Positions 63,601-64,000 of a stretch of DNA of 64,000 nt are shown piece after piece. The stretch's first letter is position 1. Every line of letters begins with the position of its first letter. A program made the position numbers and the translations under genes. This DNA is from Azolla caroliniana (taxonomy: Eukaryota > Plantae > Polypodiophyta): NCBI GenBank assembly GCA_043228905.1, contig JBHGNT010000047.1, positions 1 to 64,000 on the forward strand, written 5' to 3'. Below the pieces are notes generated by a model. It had not been told where the DNA came from and did not search any database. It saw nothing but the letters and a program-made list of their open reading frames with translations.

Positions 63601-64000
63601 ATTAAATTGTTCATACTTCGCTCGTGTGATATCAGATTTCTCTGTTTAAACATGTGAATCGAAGTTAACAACGCTAGCTATGATATGGAATGAAAAAATC
63701 AACATTTCGAAACTCAGGTCGAGAGACATGAAGAAATTAGCAAATTTGAGGAGGGTGTTGAGTAGGGCGAATGAGTAAATTAAATTGTTTATACCTCGCT
63801 CTTGTGATATCGGATTTCTGTGTTCAAACATGCGAATCGAAGCTAACAACCCTAGCTATGATATGGAATTAAAAAATCAACATTTTGAAACTCAGGATGA
63901 GAGACATGACGAAATTAGCACATTTGAGGAGGGAGTTGAGTAGGGCGAATGAGTAAATTAAATTGTTCATACCTCGCTCGTGTGATATCCGATTTTTGTG
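60662..64000 (+). repeat. 178-bp satellite array, divergent variant (about 19 monomers)
   Basis: Same monomer with the GAGTAGGGCGAATGAG...AAATTGTTCATACCTCGCTCG variant and several internal deletions. Confidence 0.95.

Noticed and set aside
1791-63849. Dozens of 61-96 aa ORFs (MLASIRMFEHK..., MSKLKCSY...) as a gene family
   Set aside because: They are chance read-throughs of satellite monomers where a variant removes a stop. They recur in monomer phase and mostly have non-ATG starts.

Overview
Plant (peri)centromeric DNA. About 51 kb is a head-to-tail, single-orientation 178-bp satellite array with local higher-order repeats (5-, 9-, 10-, 23- and 26-mers) and distinct sequence-variant domains. 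Three LTR retroelements interrupt it. (1) A full-length Ty1/copia element (Tto1/Tnt1-like, Tork lineage) lies on the minus strand at 21247-26567. (2) A second copy of the same family lies on the plus strand at about 53333-60661; it is truncated at both ends and has a premature stop. (3) A very young 3048-bp non-coding LTR element at 57081-60128 is nested in the RNase H region of that second copy, with a perfect GCAGG target-site duplication. The most unusual observation is that the nested element has inward-facing tRNA-Arg-like primer-binding sites next to both LTRs and no polypurine tract abutting either. No host genes were found. All comparisons were made by eye, and tRNA and family assignments are from recalled sequences, not searches.
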